From positions 82,453 to 142,991 of the forward strand of contig JBEQAR010000001.1 of NCBI GenBank assembly GCA_041640295.1: DNA of 60,539 bases, written 5' to 3'. The DNA comes from a bacterium. Its GTDB lineage: Bacteria; Patescibacteriota; Minisyncoccia; UBA6257; HR35. Each line of letters opens with the position of its first letter. The stretch's first letter is position 1. The translations under genes and the position numbers were made by a program. Shown in pieces: positions 47,625-58,065 of the stretch. Below the pieces are notes generated by a model. It did no database searches. It was not told the DNA's origin and saw only the letters and a list, made by a program, of their open reading frames with translations.

Positions 47625-47997
47625 TTTTGACTAAATCAATTCTTAATAATCTTTTTTTTCTTAATTTATTTTTAGGCAACATCCCTGCTGCTGCCTTTCT
47701 AATAACCAACAATGGATTTTTAGACCATAATTCTTTTAAAGAATATTTTTTTAAATGACCCAAATAACCGGTATGCTTGTAAATTATTTTTTGATCTAAT
47801 TTTTTACCGCTGATAATAATTTTTTCCCAATTTTTAATTTTAACAAAAACTGGAAAATCAATATGTGGACGATAGTCAGGATAATGCTTGCCTTGCAAAT
47901 AATAAACAATAGAGCTAATTAACCGTCCTAAAGATTTATTAGCAGCATCTATCTCTATAATTTCTTTTTTAATTGTTTTTTTCTCTTTTTTCGCCAT
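47617..47997 (-). CDS. rplM: ribosomal protein uL13 (short, 126 aa)
   Basis: ..IDAANKSLGRLISSIVYYLQGKH.. and ..MLPKNKL... It overlaps rpsI by 8 nt. Confidence 0.9.
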   Translation of the reverse strand: MAKKEKKTIKKEIIEIDAANKSLGRLISSIVYYLQGKHYPDYRPHIDFPVFVKIKNWEKIIISGKKLDQKIIYKHTGYLGHLKKYSLKELWSKNPLLVIRKAAAGMLPKNKLRKKRLLRIDLVKNG

Positions 47998-48048
47998 CTT
48001 TAAAATTTTAACATAAATATATTATAATTGTAATTACCGAATAGACAA

Positions 48049-49692
48049 ATGGATCAAGAAATTTTACAAGAAATTAGAGAAAAAATTGATATTGTTGAAT
48101 TTATTAGTAATTATGTTGAATTAAAAAAAACAGGTAATTATTATAAAGGCCTTTGTCCATTTCATCAAGAGCGTAACCCATCCTTTTTTATCTCTCCTCA
48201 AAAACAAATTTTTAAATGTTTTGGCTGTAATGTTGCTGGTGATGTTATTACTTTTTATATGAAAATTGAAGGATTATCGTTTAAAGAAGCGATAAAAAAT
48301 TTAGCTGATAAGTTTAATATTGAAATTAATTTTAAAGAGCAAAAAGAAAATATCTCGGTTTATAAAAAATTTTTAGAAATCAATAGATTAGCTTTGAACT
48401 TTTTCAAACGTAATCTTCAGCAAAACCAAGAAGTAATTAACTATTTAAAATCCAGAGGTTTAACTGAGGAAACGATAAATTTTTTTGATTTAGGTTATGC
48501 TTCATCAGGTTCACACTTAAGAGATTATTTCTTTACTTTAGGTTATAAATTAGAAGATTTAAAAGAAGTTGGTCTTTTGAATGATAAATTTGAAGATAAA
48601 TTTCAAGGAAGAATTATGTTTCCTCTAATTAACGAAAAAAGGAAATTAATTGGTTTTACGGGTCGTCTTTATCCTGAGACTGATTATGGTTCTAAATATT
48701 TAAACACTGCCGAAAATAAACTTTTTAAAAAATCAAAATTCTTATACGGGTTAGTTTATTCTCAAGCAGAGATAGAAAAAAAGAAAGAAGTAATAATCAT
48801 TGAAGGGCAATTTGATTTCTTATTAGCTTATCAAAATGGCATCAAAAATGTTGTTGCGGTTTCTGGGTCTGCTTTTACTCAAGATCAGTTAAATATTCTA
48901 AAATTTTTAACAAAAAATTTCGTGTTAGCTTTTGATAATGATTTAGCTGGATTTAAAAGTGCTTGGAAAACTGCTTTAATGCTTTTTGCCAACAAAATAG
49001 AAGTTGATCAATTAATTTTTGAACCAGCAAAAGATTTGGCTGAATTTTTCAATTCTAATTATAGTATTAATCAATTAAAGAAAAAAGCTTATCTTGACTA
49101 TTTAATTGATTACTGCTCTTCTCATTTTAATTTAGAAGATTTAGATGGTAAAAAACAGACCTTAGATTTAATTTTGCCCTTATTAAAATATTTAGATAAC
49201 TTGAAGCAAGGATATTATTTATCTCGCTTATCAAAAATATTAGAAATAAAAGAAGAATTTTTATTCAAGGAATTAAACAGTTTAGTTTATAATTATCAAA
49301 TAGAGAATGAGTATCAGCCATTAGTTTATCCAAAAGATAGATTAGAAATTTTAATTGAAAGATATATCGCTTTTAGTTTTCTATTGAACAATCTTGAAAA
49401 AATAGAAGAAATAAAAGACTATTTAGAAAATTACAACGAGGTTAAAGAAAAACTATTGCAAGATGATTATTATCAAGAAATTTTGAACTTAAGAATTAAT
49501 TACGAAAGTAATTTAAATATTAATTTTGAGGAAGAATTAAGGTTCTTAAAAAAAGAAATACAAAAAGAATATTATAAAAAGCAAATAGAAAGTTATAGCA
49601 AAATTAGCGGCTTGCCGCTAGATGAAGTCTTAAAAAAAATTAATTACTTAACTCAAAAAATAAAAGAAATTGAAAAAATTAACAATGCCTAA
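48049..49692 (+). CDS. dnaG: DNA primase
   Basis: Zinc ribbon [25 protein letters not shown] and Toprim ..IIIEGQFD.. and ..FDNDLAG... Confidence 0.9.
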   Translation: MDQEILQEIREKIDIVEFISNYVELKKTGNYYKGLCPFHQERNPSFFISPQKQIFKCFGCNVAGDVITFYMKIEGLSFKEAIKNLADKFNIEINFKEQKENISVYKKFLEINRLALNFFKRNLQQNQEVINYLKSRGLTEETINFFDLGYASSGSHLRDYFFTLGYKLEDLKEVGLLNDKFEDKFQGRIMFPLINEKRKLIGFTGRLYPETDYGSKYLNTAENKLFKKSKFLYGLVYSQAEIEKKKEVIIIEGQFDFLLAYQNGIKNVVAVSGSAFTQDQLNILKFLTKNFVLAFDNDLAGFKSAWKTALMLFANKIEVDQLIFEPAKDLAEFFNSNYSINQLKKKAYLDYLIDYCSSHFNLEDLDGKKQTLDLILPLLKYLDNLKQGYYLSRLSKILEIKEEFLFKELNSLVYNYQIENEYQPLVYPKDRLEILIERYIAFSFLLNNLEKIEEIKDYLENYNEVKEKLLQDDYYQEILNLRINYESNLNINFEEELRFLKKEIQKEYYKKQIESYSKISGLPLDEVLKKINYLTQKIKEIEKINNA

Positions 49693-50842
49693 AAAAAATA
49701 AAAATAAGAAAAAAATAAAAAAAGAGAGAAAGATTAAGAAAAAAGAAGCAAAAGTAAAAATTAGCAAAAAAGAAATTATTGAAGATGAGAAGATTAAAGA
49801 ATTAATTAATAAAGGTAAAAAGAGAGGATTTGTGACCGAGAAGGATATTCTGCACTATTTCCCTAATATTGAAAATAATATTGAATTATTAGAAAAAATT
49901 GCCGAAAGATTAGAAACTGCTGGTATAGAAATTCAAAGCAGTGGCGAATTATGGAATTTTAATGAATCAGCCGAGAAAGAAGAATTAATTAAAGATTTAG
50001 AAGTTTCACAAGATTTACCTACTCATATTCAACAATATTTAATGGAAATAAATAAAATCCCTCTGCTAACGCCAGAAGAAGAAAAAGAATTAACTAAAAA
50101 AGCTGCCAAAGGAGATTTAGAAGCTCGAGAAAGGTTAATTAAGTCAAATTTAAGATTGGTTTTTAGCATCGCTAAAAAATACTATGGTAGAAGCAAAAAA
50201 TTATCCTTTCTTGATTTGATCCAGGAAGGAAATCTTGGTTTAGCTAAAGCAATTGATCGCTTTGATCCTAAAAAAGGTTTTAAATTATCTACTTACGCCA
50301 CCTGGTGGATTAGACAAGCTATTACCAGAGCAATGGCTGATCATGCTCGAACAATTAGATTGCCAGTTCATATTATTGAACAGCTATATCGACTAAATAA
50401 AATTAAAAAAAGGTTAACAGAAGAATTAGGCAGAGAACCAACACCAGAGGAATTAGCTCGGGAAGCTAATATTTCCGAAAAAAAGATTCATCGCCTATTA
50501 AAACTTACTTACGATGTCACTTCTTTGGAAAAACCAATAGGAGAAGATGGTGAAACAGAATTAGGTGAATTATTAAAAGATGATAAATATACTGCTCCTC
50601 AAAGAGAGGCTAACTTAGAGATATTGAAATCAAAATTAATGAAAGCAATTGAAGATTTACCACCAAGAGAAAAAGAAATAATTATGTTGCGTTATGGCTT
50701 AAAAGATGGGGTGATGCATACTTTAGAAGAGGTAGGGCAAATTTTTGGTATTACTCGAGAAAGAATCAGACAATTAGAAATTAAAGCTTTAGAAAGATTA
50801 AAAAATCACAATATTATTCTTCAATTAAAAGATTTACTTTAA
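49685..50842 (+). CDS. rpoD: primary RNA polymerase sigma factor (sigma-70 family) with a Lys-rich N-terminus
   Basis: Region 2 (..[37 protein letters not shown]..), region 3 and region 4 (..[20 protein letters not shown]..). ATG 49685 is preferred over TTG 49670. It follows dnaG, as in the classic dnaG-rpoD arrangement. Confidence 0.9.
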   Translation: MPKKNKNKKKIKKERKIKKKEAKVKISKKEIIEDEKIKELINKGKKRGFVTEKDILHYFPNIENNIELLEKIAERLETAGIEIQSSGELWNFNESAEKEELIKDLEVSQDLPTHIQQYLMEINKIPLLTPEEEKELTKKAAKGDLEARERLIKSNLRLVFSIAKKYYGRSKKLSFLDLIQEGNLGLAKAIDRFDPKKGFKLSTYATWWIRQAITRAMADHARTIRLPVHIIEQLYRLNKIKKRLTEELGREPTPEELAREANISEKKIHRLLKLTYDVTSLEKPIGEDGETELGELLKDDKYTAPQREANLEILKSKLMKAIEDLPPREKEIIMLRYGLKDGVMHTLEEVGQIFGITRERIRQLEIKALERLKNHNIILQLKDLL

Positions 50843-50849
50843 TTAATAA

Positions 50850-51950
50850 ATGATTTATCGTAAATACCGACCAAGAATTTTTGACGATGTCTACGGGCAG
50901 AATTTAATTATTAAAGTATTAAAAAGTTTTCTAAAAAATCTTAATTCCCTACCCCATGGTTATCTTTTTGCTGGTCCAAGAGGAACAGGAAAAACATCAA
51001 CAGCAAGAATCTTTAGCAAAGCTTTAAATTGTTTAAATTTAGAACAAAATTCTTATGAACCCTGCGAACAATGTACTAACTGCGAAGCTATTAATCAAAA
51101 TAAATTTTTAGATATTATTGAATTAGATGCAGCTTCTAATCGAGGTATTGATGAAATAAGAAATTTAAGAGATAATATTGGCTTTAAACCTATTCAAGGA
51201 AAATATAAAGTTTTTATTATTGATGAAGCTCATATGTTAACAAAAGAAGCATTTAATGCTTTACTAAAAGTTTTAGAAGAACCTCCCAAACATGTTATCT
51301 TTATTTTAGCTACTACTGAACCAGAAAAAATACCTGCTACAGTTATTTCCCGCCTTCAAAGATTTGATTTTAGAAGAATTTCTATTAATGAAATGATCAA
51401 AAAATTAAAAAAAATAACAGAAAAAGAGGGTATTTCTGCTACTGATGGCGCTCTTTATCTTATCGCCGAAGAATCAGACGGTGCTTTGAGAGATGCCGAA
51501 ACATTGTTAGAAAGAATTATCCTAAGTCTTAATCCTCATAAAACAATTAACGAAGAGTATGTTGAGCAATTTTTAGGCAAAGTAAACAGTCTAAGAATCT
51601 TAGCTTTCTTAGAAGTATTATTAGAAAAAAATTTTGAAGAAGCAATCAAAATGATTCATGATATTTATGCTAATGGCTACGATTTACTAATTTTTACTCG
51701 CTCTTTAATAAAAATTTTAAGAGATATGTTAATAATAAAAATTTATCCTTATTGGCAAAATCAATTAGCCAAAGAATATAGCGAAGAGTTAATTAATAAA
51801 CTAACTACATTAGTCCAAAAGATCGATTTAGAAAAAATTAAAAAATTTATTAAAGTATTTTCCGAAGCAGAATTTAATTTTAAAAAAGATCCACCTCTTA
51901 TTACCCTTCCCTTAGAAATGGCAGTAGCTGAACTTATTTTACAAAATTAA
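50850..51950 (+). CDS. dnaX: DNA polymerase III gamma/tau subunit, short form (366 aa)
   Basis: ..GPRGTGKTSTARIFSKALNC.., zinc module CEQCTNC, ..IIDEAHMLT.. and ..SRLQRFDF... Confidence 0.9.
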   Translation: MIYRKYRPRIFDDVYGQNLIIKVLKSFLKNLNSLPHGYLFAGPRGTGKTSTARIFSKALNCLNLEQNSYEPCEQCTNCEAINQNKFLDIIELDAASNRGIDEIRNLRDNIGFKPIQGKYKVFIIDEAHMLTKEAFNALLKVLEEPPKHVIFILATTEPEKIPATVISRLQRFDFRRISINEMIKKLKKITEKEGISATDGALYLIAEESDGALRDAETLLERIILSLNPHKTINEEYVEQFLGKVNSLRILAFLEVLLEKNFEEAIKMIHDIYANGYDLLIFTRSLIKILRDMLIIKIYPYWQNQLAKEYSEELINKLTTLVQKIDLEKIKKFIKVFSEAEFNFKKDPPLITLPLEMAVAELILQN

Positions 51951-51953
51951 ATT

Positions 51954-52271
51954 TTATTTTATCTTACTACCAGCAGTAACTTGTTCTAAAGGAACAATTA
52001 ATACCGGTCCTTTATCATCTTCAACAGCTAAAAGCATTCCTTCGCTTTTTATACCTCGAATTTCTTTAGGTTCTAAATTAGCTACAACTACAATTAACTG
52101 TCCTAAAAGTTCCTCAGGCTGATATTTTTCACCAATACCTGCCACAATTGTCCTTTTTTCATTTCCTAAATCAACAATTAATTTAAGTAATTTACTATTT
52201 TCTATTTTTTCAACTTGTTCTATTTTTGCCACTCTTAAATCTATTTTTTTAAAATCATCAATATTAATCAT
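51954..52271 (-). CDS. csaA: tRNA-binding domain protein (CsaA/Trbp111 type)
   Basis: FKKIDLRVAKI.., ..IVAGIGEKY.. and ..VVVANLEPKEIRGIKSEGMLLA.. are present. Confidence 0.85.
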   Translation of the reverse strand: MINIDDFKKIDLRVAKIEQVEKIENSKLLKLIVDLGNEKRTIVAGIGEKYQPEELLGQLIVVVANLEPKEIRGIKSEGMLLAVEDDKGPVLIVPLEQVTAGSKIK

Positions 52272-52514
52272 AAAAATTTACAAAATTAATTTTAATAAAA
52301 TTATAACAAAAATTATTAAATAAATTAAGGCGGTTTGATTAAATTAAAAAATAATAAAGAAAAATTATAATTAATAAGAGAATAAATTTTATATCATATT
52401 TAATTAATTGCCTGAAAGCAAATTTTTATTATAATGTAAATTTAATGTTGAATTAGAAAAATTTTATTAGTCGAAATAATTTGAACATCAATTTACTTAT
52501 ATATAATTTTAAAA

Positions 52515-53282
52515 ATGCTTATAAAGAATTTTAATGATTTAGTTAATATTCTATTATTATTAAGTATATTAAATACTAGTCAAATAATTGATGATAGTCA
52601 ATTATTAAATGCACTGTCGGAGTTATATTATCAACCTTATCCTGAATTTTCCAAAGAAGCTTTATATTTTAGATTTCCTAACTTTGATCAATTCCAAAAA
52701 CCAACCACAACTAAAATTGCTCTTCAGGTAGGCCATTTAATAGAACAAGAATTACCACTTGAATTAAGAAAATTAGCGCGAGGTGGCGGGGCGATTGTTA
52801 ATAATATTAAAGAAGTAGATATTAACAAAAATATAGCTTATAGAATTAAAGAAATTTTAGAAAGAGATGGTTATAATGTTGATATTTTACCAGCTATTAT
52901 TCCTCAAGATTATTATGCTGATGTTTTTATTGCCCTCCATGCTAATTCAGCTGATGAATTAACAAGTGGTTTTATGATTAGCACGCCGTATAAAGATTAT
53001 TCTCAAAAAGCAAGAAAATTAAAAAAAATATTAATTCAAGAATACCAAAAAGAAACCGGTTTAAGTTTTATTAATAAAGTTACAGAAAATATGACACATT
53101 ATTATGCTTTCAATTGGTCAAGATTTAAAAGAACAATTCATCCTAAAACACCTGCAGTCATTATTGAGATGGGAAATATGAGAAATGAAAATGATTTAAA
53201 TATTCTTCTCAATAATCAAGATAAAGTTGCTTTAGGAATAGTTAATGCTATTAAGATTTTTCTTTCTGAAAATAATAATTAA
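52515..53282 (+). CDS. N-acetylmuramoyl-L-alanine amidase (Amidase_3 type)
   Basis: ..IALQVGH.., ..DVFIALHANS.. and ..PAVIIEMGNMRNE.. are present. Confidence 0.7.
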   Translation: MLIKNFNDLVNILLLLSILNTSQIIDDSQLLNALSELYYQPYPEFSKEALYFRFPNFDQFQKPTTTKIALQVGHLIEQELPLELRKLARGGGAIVNNIKEVDINKNIAYRIKEILERDGYNVDILPAIIPQDYYADVFIALHANSADELTSGFMISTPYKDYSQKARKLKKILIQEYQKETGLSFINKVTENMTHYYAFNWSRFKRTIHPKTPAVIIEMGNMRNENDLNILLNNQDKVALGIVNAIKIFLSENNN

Positions 53283-53297
53283 AATTACAAATGTAGT

Positions 53298-53372
53298 GGT
53301 GGACGACGGGGCTCGAACCCGCAACCTGAGGCTCCACAGGCCTCCGCTCTAACCAATTGAGCTACGTCCACC
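53298..53372 (-). tRNA. tRNA-His (anticodon GUG) with genomically encoded G-1
   Basis: Hand fold: G(-1)+GTGGACG acceptor paired to CGTCCAC+C73, anticodon stem GAGGC/GCCTC, loop CTGTGGA, T-loop TTCGAGC. No CCA. Confidence 0.9.
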
Positions 53373-54926
53373 ATCTTTCCTTTTTAAATTATAATATAAA
53401 CTTGAGAGAGACCAAAGTTGAATTGGCGAGCCTTCGTAGGTTAATTTTTCAGCTGAACTTAATTCACTCATATATCCTGGCGCACCCATTTTAAGAAGAT
53501 TTTTAATAGCAGCATTTTTAAGTTTTTTTATATAAAATTTATACTTAACTTTATTCAAATCTTTCAAAACATAATAGGCTAAATTATTTAACCAAAACCA
53601 GGAATCTCCCTGATGATAGCTTGTTGGATCTTCACCTGTATAGTTTTTTTGGAAATTAGGATGAGTAATACTTAAAGAACTAAATCCACCCCAATCAAGA
53701 TAATTGTTTTTAATTAAATTGTCAAATATTGTTTCCCATTCTTCTTGTTCAAAAAAATTTTTATCTAAAAAATAACAAAAAAATAAATTAGGTGTTAAAA
53801 ATTCTTCTTCGGGGTATTTTTTTGAGTATATTTTATTTTTGATATAAATCTTAAATTTTTTTGCTTCATTTAATAAATCAAGTCTAATTAAAGAGAGATA
53901 ATAAAGAAAATCAATTTCGAGTGCCCGTTTTCTTTCTAAAGTATCCATCCAGGTTGATTTTGGCGGTAAATCATTTTCGTAAATCTTAAATAGCTTTACC
54001 CATTTATCTAAAAATTCTAAAAGTTTATTTTTTTCTTTTTTGATTTTTTCCTTATTTAAATTAACAATCAAGAGAGGTAAAGTATCAGCAGATAAAATAG
54101 TATTTTCTTCTTTGTTAAATTGCCATATTGATTCTAAATGAGTTAAATAATAATCAAAAATTTTTTCTTTAACAAAATCAAAGTTTAAAAATAATAATGA
54201 TATCAATTCGTCTCTAAACCATCTTTGAGGAAACCAAGGTAAACCAGCTTTAAAACCATAATCAATGGAATATAAAGATAAAATTCTTCTTAAAACAAAA
54301 TAGGCAAATTTATTTTTGTTTGTAAAATCAAAAGAAAAATCAGGTTTTTTATGAGTTGAAAAAATTTTTAAATAATTTACATAACCTTCGAAAGCTTGAT
54401 TAATTTCATTTTGATAAAAGGTTGATTTTCTTTGGTGATCATAATCATAATAAACATTAATTTTTCGATTAACAAATCTTAGCTCGCCTTCATAAAAAAT
54501 ATTAAAATCAATTCCGTAATCATTAATAATTAAAAATGATTTTTCTTGTGTAATTATTTTAAAATTATCACCGACAATTTTTGTTTCATAAAGTTTTCGA
54601 TTATCCAAATCTATTTTAATAAAAATAGGCTGATTAGAATGCAAATTAAACCCCTGAGAATCTAAATAAAGGGAAATTTTATTTTTTTTAGAAATTAGAT
54701 CAAATCTTTTTTCATTAATAACTTCTATTTTTTGAATTTGTTCATCAATATTTATTCTTTCAATTAATTTATAAAAGTTGTTATCAGTCGCTATCCAATA
54801 ACCAAAATAAACACTGCGTTGCGTCAGTGAATCAATAAACCAGTGATTAGAAGAAATTAAACTAATAAAGGGTTGATCAATATTGAAAGTGTGTTGACTG
54901 TCGAGTTCTTGATAGTTAATAATCAT
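53349..54926 (-). CDS. amylo-alpha-1,6-glucosidase / glycogen-debranching-enzyme C-terminal-domain protein
   Basis: ..GLPWFPQRWFRDELISL.. and ..YHQGDSWFWLNN.. are present. The last 24 nt overlap tRNA-His on the same strand. Confidence 0.7.
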   Translation of the reverse strand: MIINYQELDSQHTFNIDQPFISLISSNHWFIDSLTQRSVYFGYWIATDNNFYKLIERINIDEQIQKIEVINEKRFDLISKKNKISLYLDSQGFNLHSNQPIFIKIDLDNRKLYETKIVGDNFKIITQEKSFLIINDYGIDFNIFYEGELRFVNRKINVYYDYDHQRKSTFYQNEINQAFEGYVNYLKIFSTHKKPDFSFDFTNKNKFAYFVLRRILSLYSIDYGFKAGLPWFPQRWFRDELISLLFLNFDFVKEKIFDYYLTHLESIWQFNKEENTILSADTLPLLIVNLNKEKIKKEKNKLLEFLDKWVKLFKIYENDLPPKSTWMDTLERKRALEIDFLYYLSLIRLDLLNEAKKFKIYIKNKIYSKKYPEEEFLTPNLFFCYFLDKNFFEQEEWETIFDNLIKNNYLDWGGFSSLSITHPNFQKNYTGEDPTSYHQGDSWFWLNNLAYYVLKDLNKVKYKFYIKKLKNAAIKNLLKMGAPGYMSELSSAEKLTYEGSPIQLWSLSSLYYNLKRKDGGRSSIG

Positions 54927-56680
54927 TTAATTTTTTCTAAAGCAATATTATAAAGTTCAAAATAGTTACTAATCAATTTTTCCCAAGAACAAAATTTAGC
55001 AATTCGTCGTGCTTCTAATTTATTTTCTACTCGAGAACTTTTGTTTAATTTTGCAATTCCTAACATAATATTAGTTAATTCTTCAACTACTTCTGAATCG
55101 CGCCTATTTTTTCTTTTAATAAAATATAGTCCAGGATAATCTTTGTTAAGTTCTATATTTTTTTTAACATAATCGCCAAAACCAGTTAAATCAGTAGTGA
55201 CAGTAATAACCCCGCTGGCAATTGTTTCTAAGGGAGTGTATCCCCAAGGTTCATAAAGTGAAGGGAAAATTCCTAAATGACAGCCAACTATTAATTCATC
55301 ATAATTTAAATTAATCAAACCATCACCACGTCTGGCATAAATAGGGTAATAAATAATTTTTACCTTATCTTCTGGTAAATTATACAAACCAACCATCTTG
55401 ATTAATCTTAAAATTGGATTGTCCTCATCAACAAGATGAGTTGATAAAGGATAGTAGTTATTAACAGTTAATCTTTTAATTATTTTTTGAATTTCTAAAA
55501 ATTCTTCTTTAGTAAATAAAGTTTCGGAGAGTATTCTTTCTTTATGAATTAAATAATGAATTATCCGACTTTTGATTTCAGGTAAAATATCTTCAATCTT
55601 CTCTTCTAAATTACGGTAAACATTTAAATTATTTAGTAATGTAGGTTCAATTCCTTTGATTTCTGCAGGTATTAATATTAAAACCAAAATTGTTGGATCA
55701 TTTTCTGTTAATTTCTTATTCAATTCTGATAAGGATCTTATGAAAATATCAATACCTTTATTTCTTATTTCTTGTCGGCCACTGATAAAATAGATTAAAC
55801 TATTTTTAGTCTCCAATCGATAGTAAGGTGAAAAAAAATAAAGAAAAAAATCTCTTATTAAATCACGATTTTTTCGATGGGCATAACTTATTTCTTCAAC
55901 TGTTAAAAATTTACTTAAATTTATGCCATTTGGTAAAATAAAATCTGGTTTTCTACCTAAAATATATTCAGCTTCAATTGCTAAAACATTACTAACAACT
56001 GTGAAAAAATTTGAATATTTAGCGGTAATTTTTTCTAAAGTATGTTTTGCTTCAATCCCGTATCTTATTGCTTCTTTATCAGGATCAAAAGAGCCTAAAG
56101 AATCCCAAAAATTTATACCTGATTCCGAAAGGGTTCTTCCTAAAGAAGTTGCATGGGTGGTAAAAATAGAAATAAAAGATAGCTTTTCAAATAAAATAAC
56201 TGCACCTGCTAACCATTCATGAAGATGAAGAATTTTTTTGGGCTGATTAATTTTTTCTTCAAAAAATTTTAAAAAAATACTAACAGCTTTTGACCAAGCT
56301 AATGGATAGTTGTAATCATCACCAGTTCTAAGGCTGTCTATTCGATAATTTGCCCAAAGTTCGTATTTTAAAGCGTTGATATTATTTAAAAAAATCTGGA
56401 AATCAATTAAAAAACATTTAGGTTTAGAATCAATTAACCACTCACCATAATAAACATCAAAACCTAATTTTTGACATTCTTTAATAATATCAGTAAAAAT
56501 ATCCGGTGGATCTAATTTTGAAAATTCTAAACTACTTCGATTAGGTAAATAAGGTCCAATAACATAATAATTACCCTTAAAATAATCTTTTATGTATTTG
56601 GCTTTTTCTTTAATTACTGTATAAATTCCACCAACTTGATTAGCTACTTCCCAACTAACTTCAAATAAAATTTTATCCAT
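54923..56680 (-). CDS. GT3-family (eukaryote-type) glycogen synthase
   Basis: MDKILFEVSWEVANQVGGIYTVIKEKAKY.. matches the animal/fungal glycogen synthase N-terminus. ..HLHEWLAG.. and ..PSLYEPWGYTPLE.. are also present. Confidence 0.8.
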   Translation of the reverse strand: MDKILFEVSWEVANQVGGIYTVIKEKAKYIKDYFKGNYYVIGPYLPNRSSLEFSKLDPPDIFTDIIKECQKLGFDVYYGEWLIDSKPKCFLIDFQIFLNNINALKYELWANYRIDSLRTGDDYNYPLAWSKAVSIFLKFFEEKINQPKKILHLHEWLAGAVILFEKLSFISIFTTHATSLGRTLSESGINFWDSLGSFDPDKEAIRYGIEAKHTLEKITAKYSNFFTVVSNVLAIEAEYILGRKPDFILPNGINLSKFLTVEEISYAHRKNRDLIRDFFLYFFSPYYRLETKNSLIYFISGRQEIRNKGIDIFIRSLSELNKKLTENDPTILVLILIPAEIKGIEPTLLNNLNVYRNLEEKIEDILPEIKSRIIHYLIHKERILSETLFTKEEFLEIQKIIKRLTVNNYYPLSTHLVDEDNPILRLIKMVGLYNLPEDKVKIIYYPIYARRGDGLINLNYDELIVGCHLGIFPSLYEPWGYTPLETIASGVITVTTDLTGFGDYVKKNIELNKDYPGLYFIKRKNRRDSEVVEELTNIMLGIAKLNKSSRVENKLEARRIAKFCSWEKLISNYFELYNIALEKIK

Positions 56681-56692
56681 TATTTTATAATT

Positions 56693-57463
56693 TTAACCAA
56701 TATCTAAAATATCTGTCAAAATTAAATTCTCTTGTCCTAAAACAGCTAAAGTAATTTCGAAATGGGTGGCATATGAATTATCGCTGGTTTTAAATTCAAA
56801 ATCATTAATTTGAATAGCATAGTCAGAAGTCAAACTTGCCATTGGTTCAATAGTAAAAATATCTCCTTTTTTTATTTTCCGACCTGATTTAGGTTTGCCA
56901 AAATTTAATACTTGCAATTCACCATGAAGATATTCACCAATATCATGACCACATAAATTCTTAATTACCTTGAAATTATTTTCTACTTCTATAGTTCTTT
57001 GAATCATATAACCAATATCGCCTAAATAATTATTCTCTTTAGCCATTTCAATTGCGTTAATCAAAGATTGTTTTGTTATCGTAATTAATTTTTTGTAAAT
57101 TGGCTTTAATTCTCCTACACCAAAAGACAAAGCACTATCTAAAAATAAATCCTGATAAATAATACCAATATCTATTTTGACAATATCGCCTTCTTTAATA
57201 ATAACGCTCTTACTTGGTAAACCATGAACAACAATTTCATTTAAAGAAACGCAAATATTAGCCGGATAAGGGCGAGAAGCAAAATCTGGTTGATAATTTT
57301 TAAAAGCGCTTTTAATTTTAAATAATTTAAATAATTTTTCAGCTTGTTGATCTAAAAAATAAGTATTGATACCTGGCTTAACTAATTCAGCTAAATTTAA
57401 AAAAATCTCTCTCAAAATCTTACCACCCGCTAACATAATTTCAATTTTTTTCTCGAAAGCCAT
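56693..57463 (-). CDS. map: type I methionine aminopeptidase
   Basis: ..VHGLPS.., ..VKIDIG.., ..GHDIGEYLH.. and ..FTIEPM.. metal-ligand motifs. Confidence 0.9.
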   Translation of the reverse strand: MAFEKKIEIMLAGGKILREIFLNLAELVKPGINTYFLDQQAEKLFKLFKIKSAFKNYQPDFASRPYPANICVSLNEIVVHGLPSKSVIIKEGDIVKIDIGIIYQDLFLDSALSFGVGELKPIYKKLITITKQSLINAIEMAKENNYLGDIGYMIQRTIEVENNFKVIKNLCGHDIGEYLHGELQVLNFGKPKSGRKIKKGDIFTIEPMASLTSDYAIQINDFEFKTSDNSYATHFEITLAVLGQENLILTDILDIG

Positions 57464-58065
57464 TATCCAGAAATTATTGTTAAGATTTTTTTACTAATTC
57501 TTTCTGGTTGACCTTCGCCATTAACTTCAATTAATTTTCCTTTAGCTTTCAAATAATTTATCATTGGTTCAATCTCTTTTCGAAAGACTTTTAATCTAGT
57601 CTTAACAACTTTAAGATTATCATCTACTCTTTTTTCAATTTTTGCTCTTTTTAATGCTCTGTTAATAGCTTCTTGATCAGAAATTTTAATGTAAATAAAA
57701 TAAAACTTTATATTTGGAATATTTTCGATAATCTTTAAATAATATTTTGCTTCAAAAAGACTGCGCGGAGAACCAGAAAAAACTATTGATTTCTTTTCTT
57801 TAATATTTTTTAGAATAATATTTTTAAGGATAAAACTTATTAATCGATAAGCTACTAATTTTCCTTTATTCATTCTTTCTTGTTGTTTCACTAGATTAAT
57901 TCTAATTTTACCGATTTTAAGATATTTTTTTCTGTTGTTTTTGAAAAATTTTTTTAATTCATCACTAGCTACAATTTTTTTAAATTTTAATTTTTTTACC
58001 AATAAATTTGCTTGAATATCCTTTCCTGAAGCTGGTTTACCCACCAAAAAAATTATTTTAATCAT
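57463..58065 (-). CDS. adk: adenylate kinase (divergent)
   Basis: P-loop VGKPASGKDIQANLL, ..SGSPRSLFEA.. and ..RVDDNLKVVKTRLKVF... It sits next to map, as in the conserved adk-map order. Confidence 0.7.
   Translation of the reverse strand: MIKIIFLVGKPASGKDIQANLLVKKLKFKKIVASDELKKFFKNNRKKYLKIGKIRINLVKQQERMNKGKLVAYRLISFILKNIILKNIKEKKSIVFSGSPRSLFEAKYYLKIIENIPNIKFYFIYIKISDQEAINRALKRAKIEKRVDDNLKVVKTRLKVFRKEIEPMINYLKAKGKLIEVNGEGQPERISKKILTIISG

Noticed and set aside
51380-51430. A-rich stretch in dnaX as a programmed frameshift site for gamma/tau
   Set aside because: The ORF is already short (366 aa) and ends at a normal stop. I see no A AAA AAG slippery heptamer followed by a structure, and there is no extended tau-like frame downstream.
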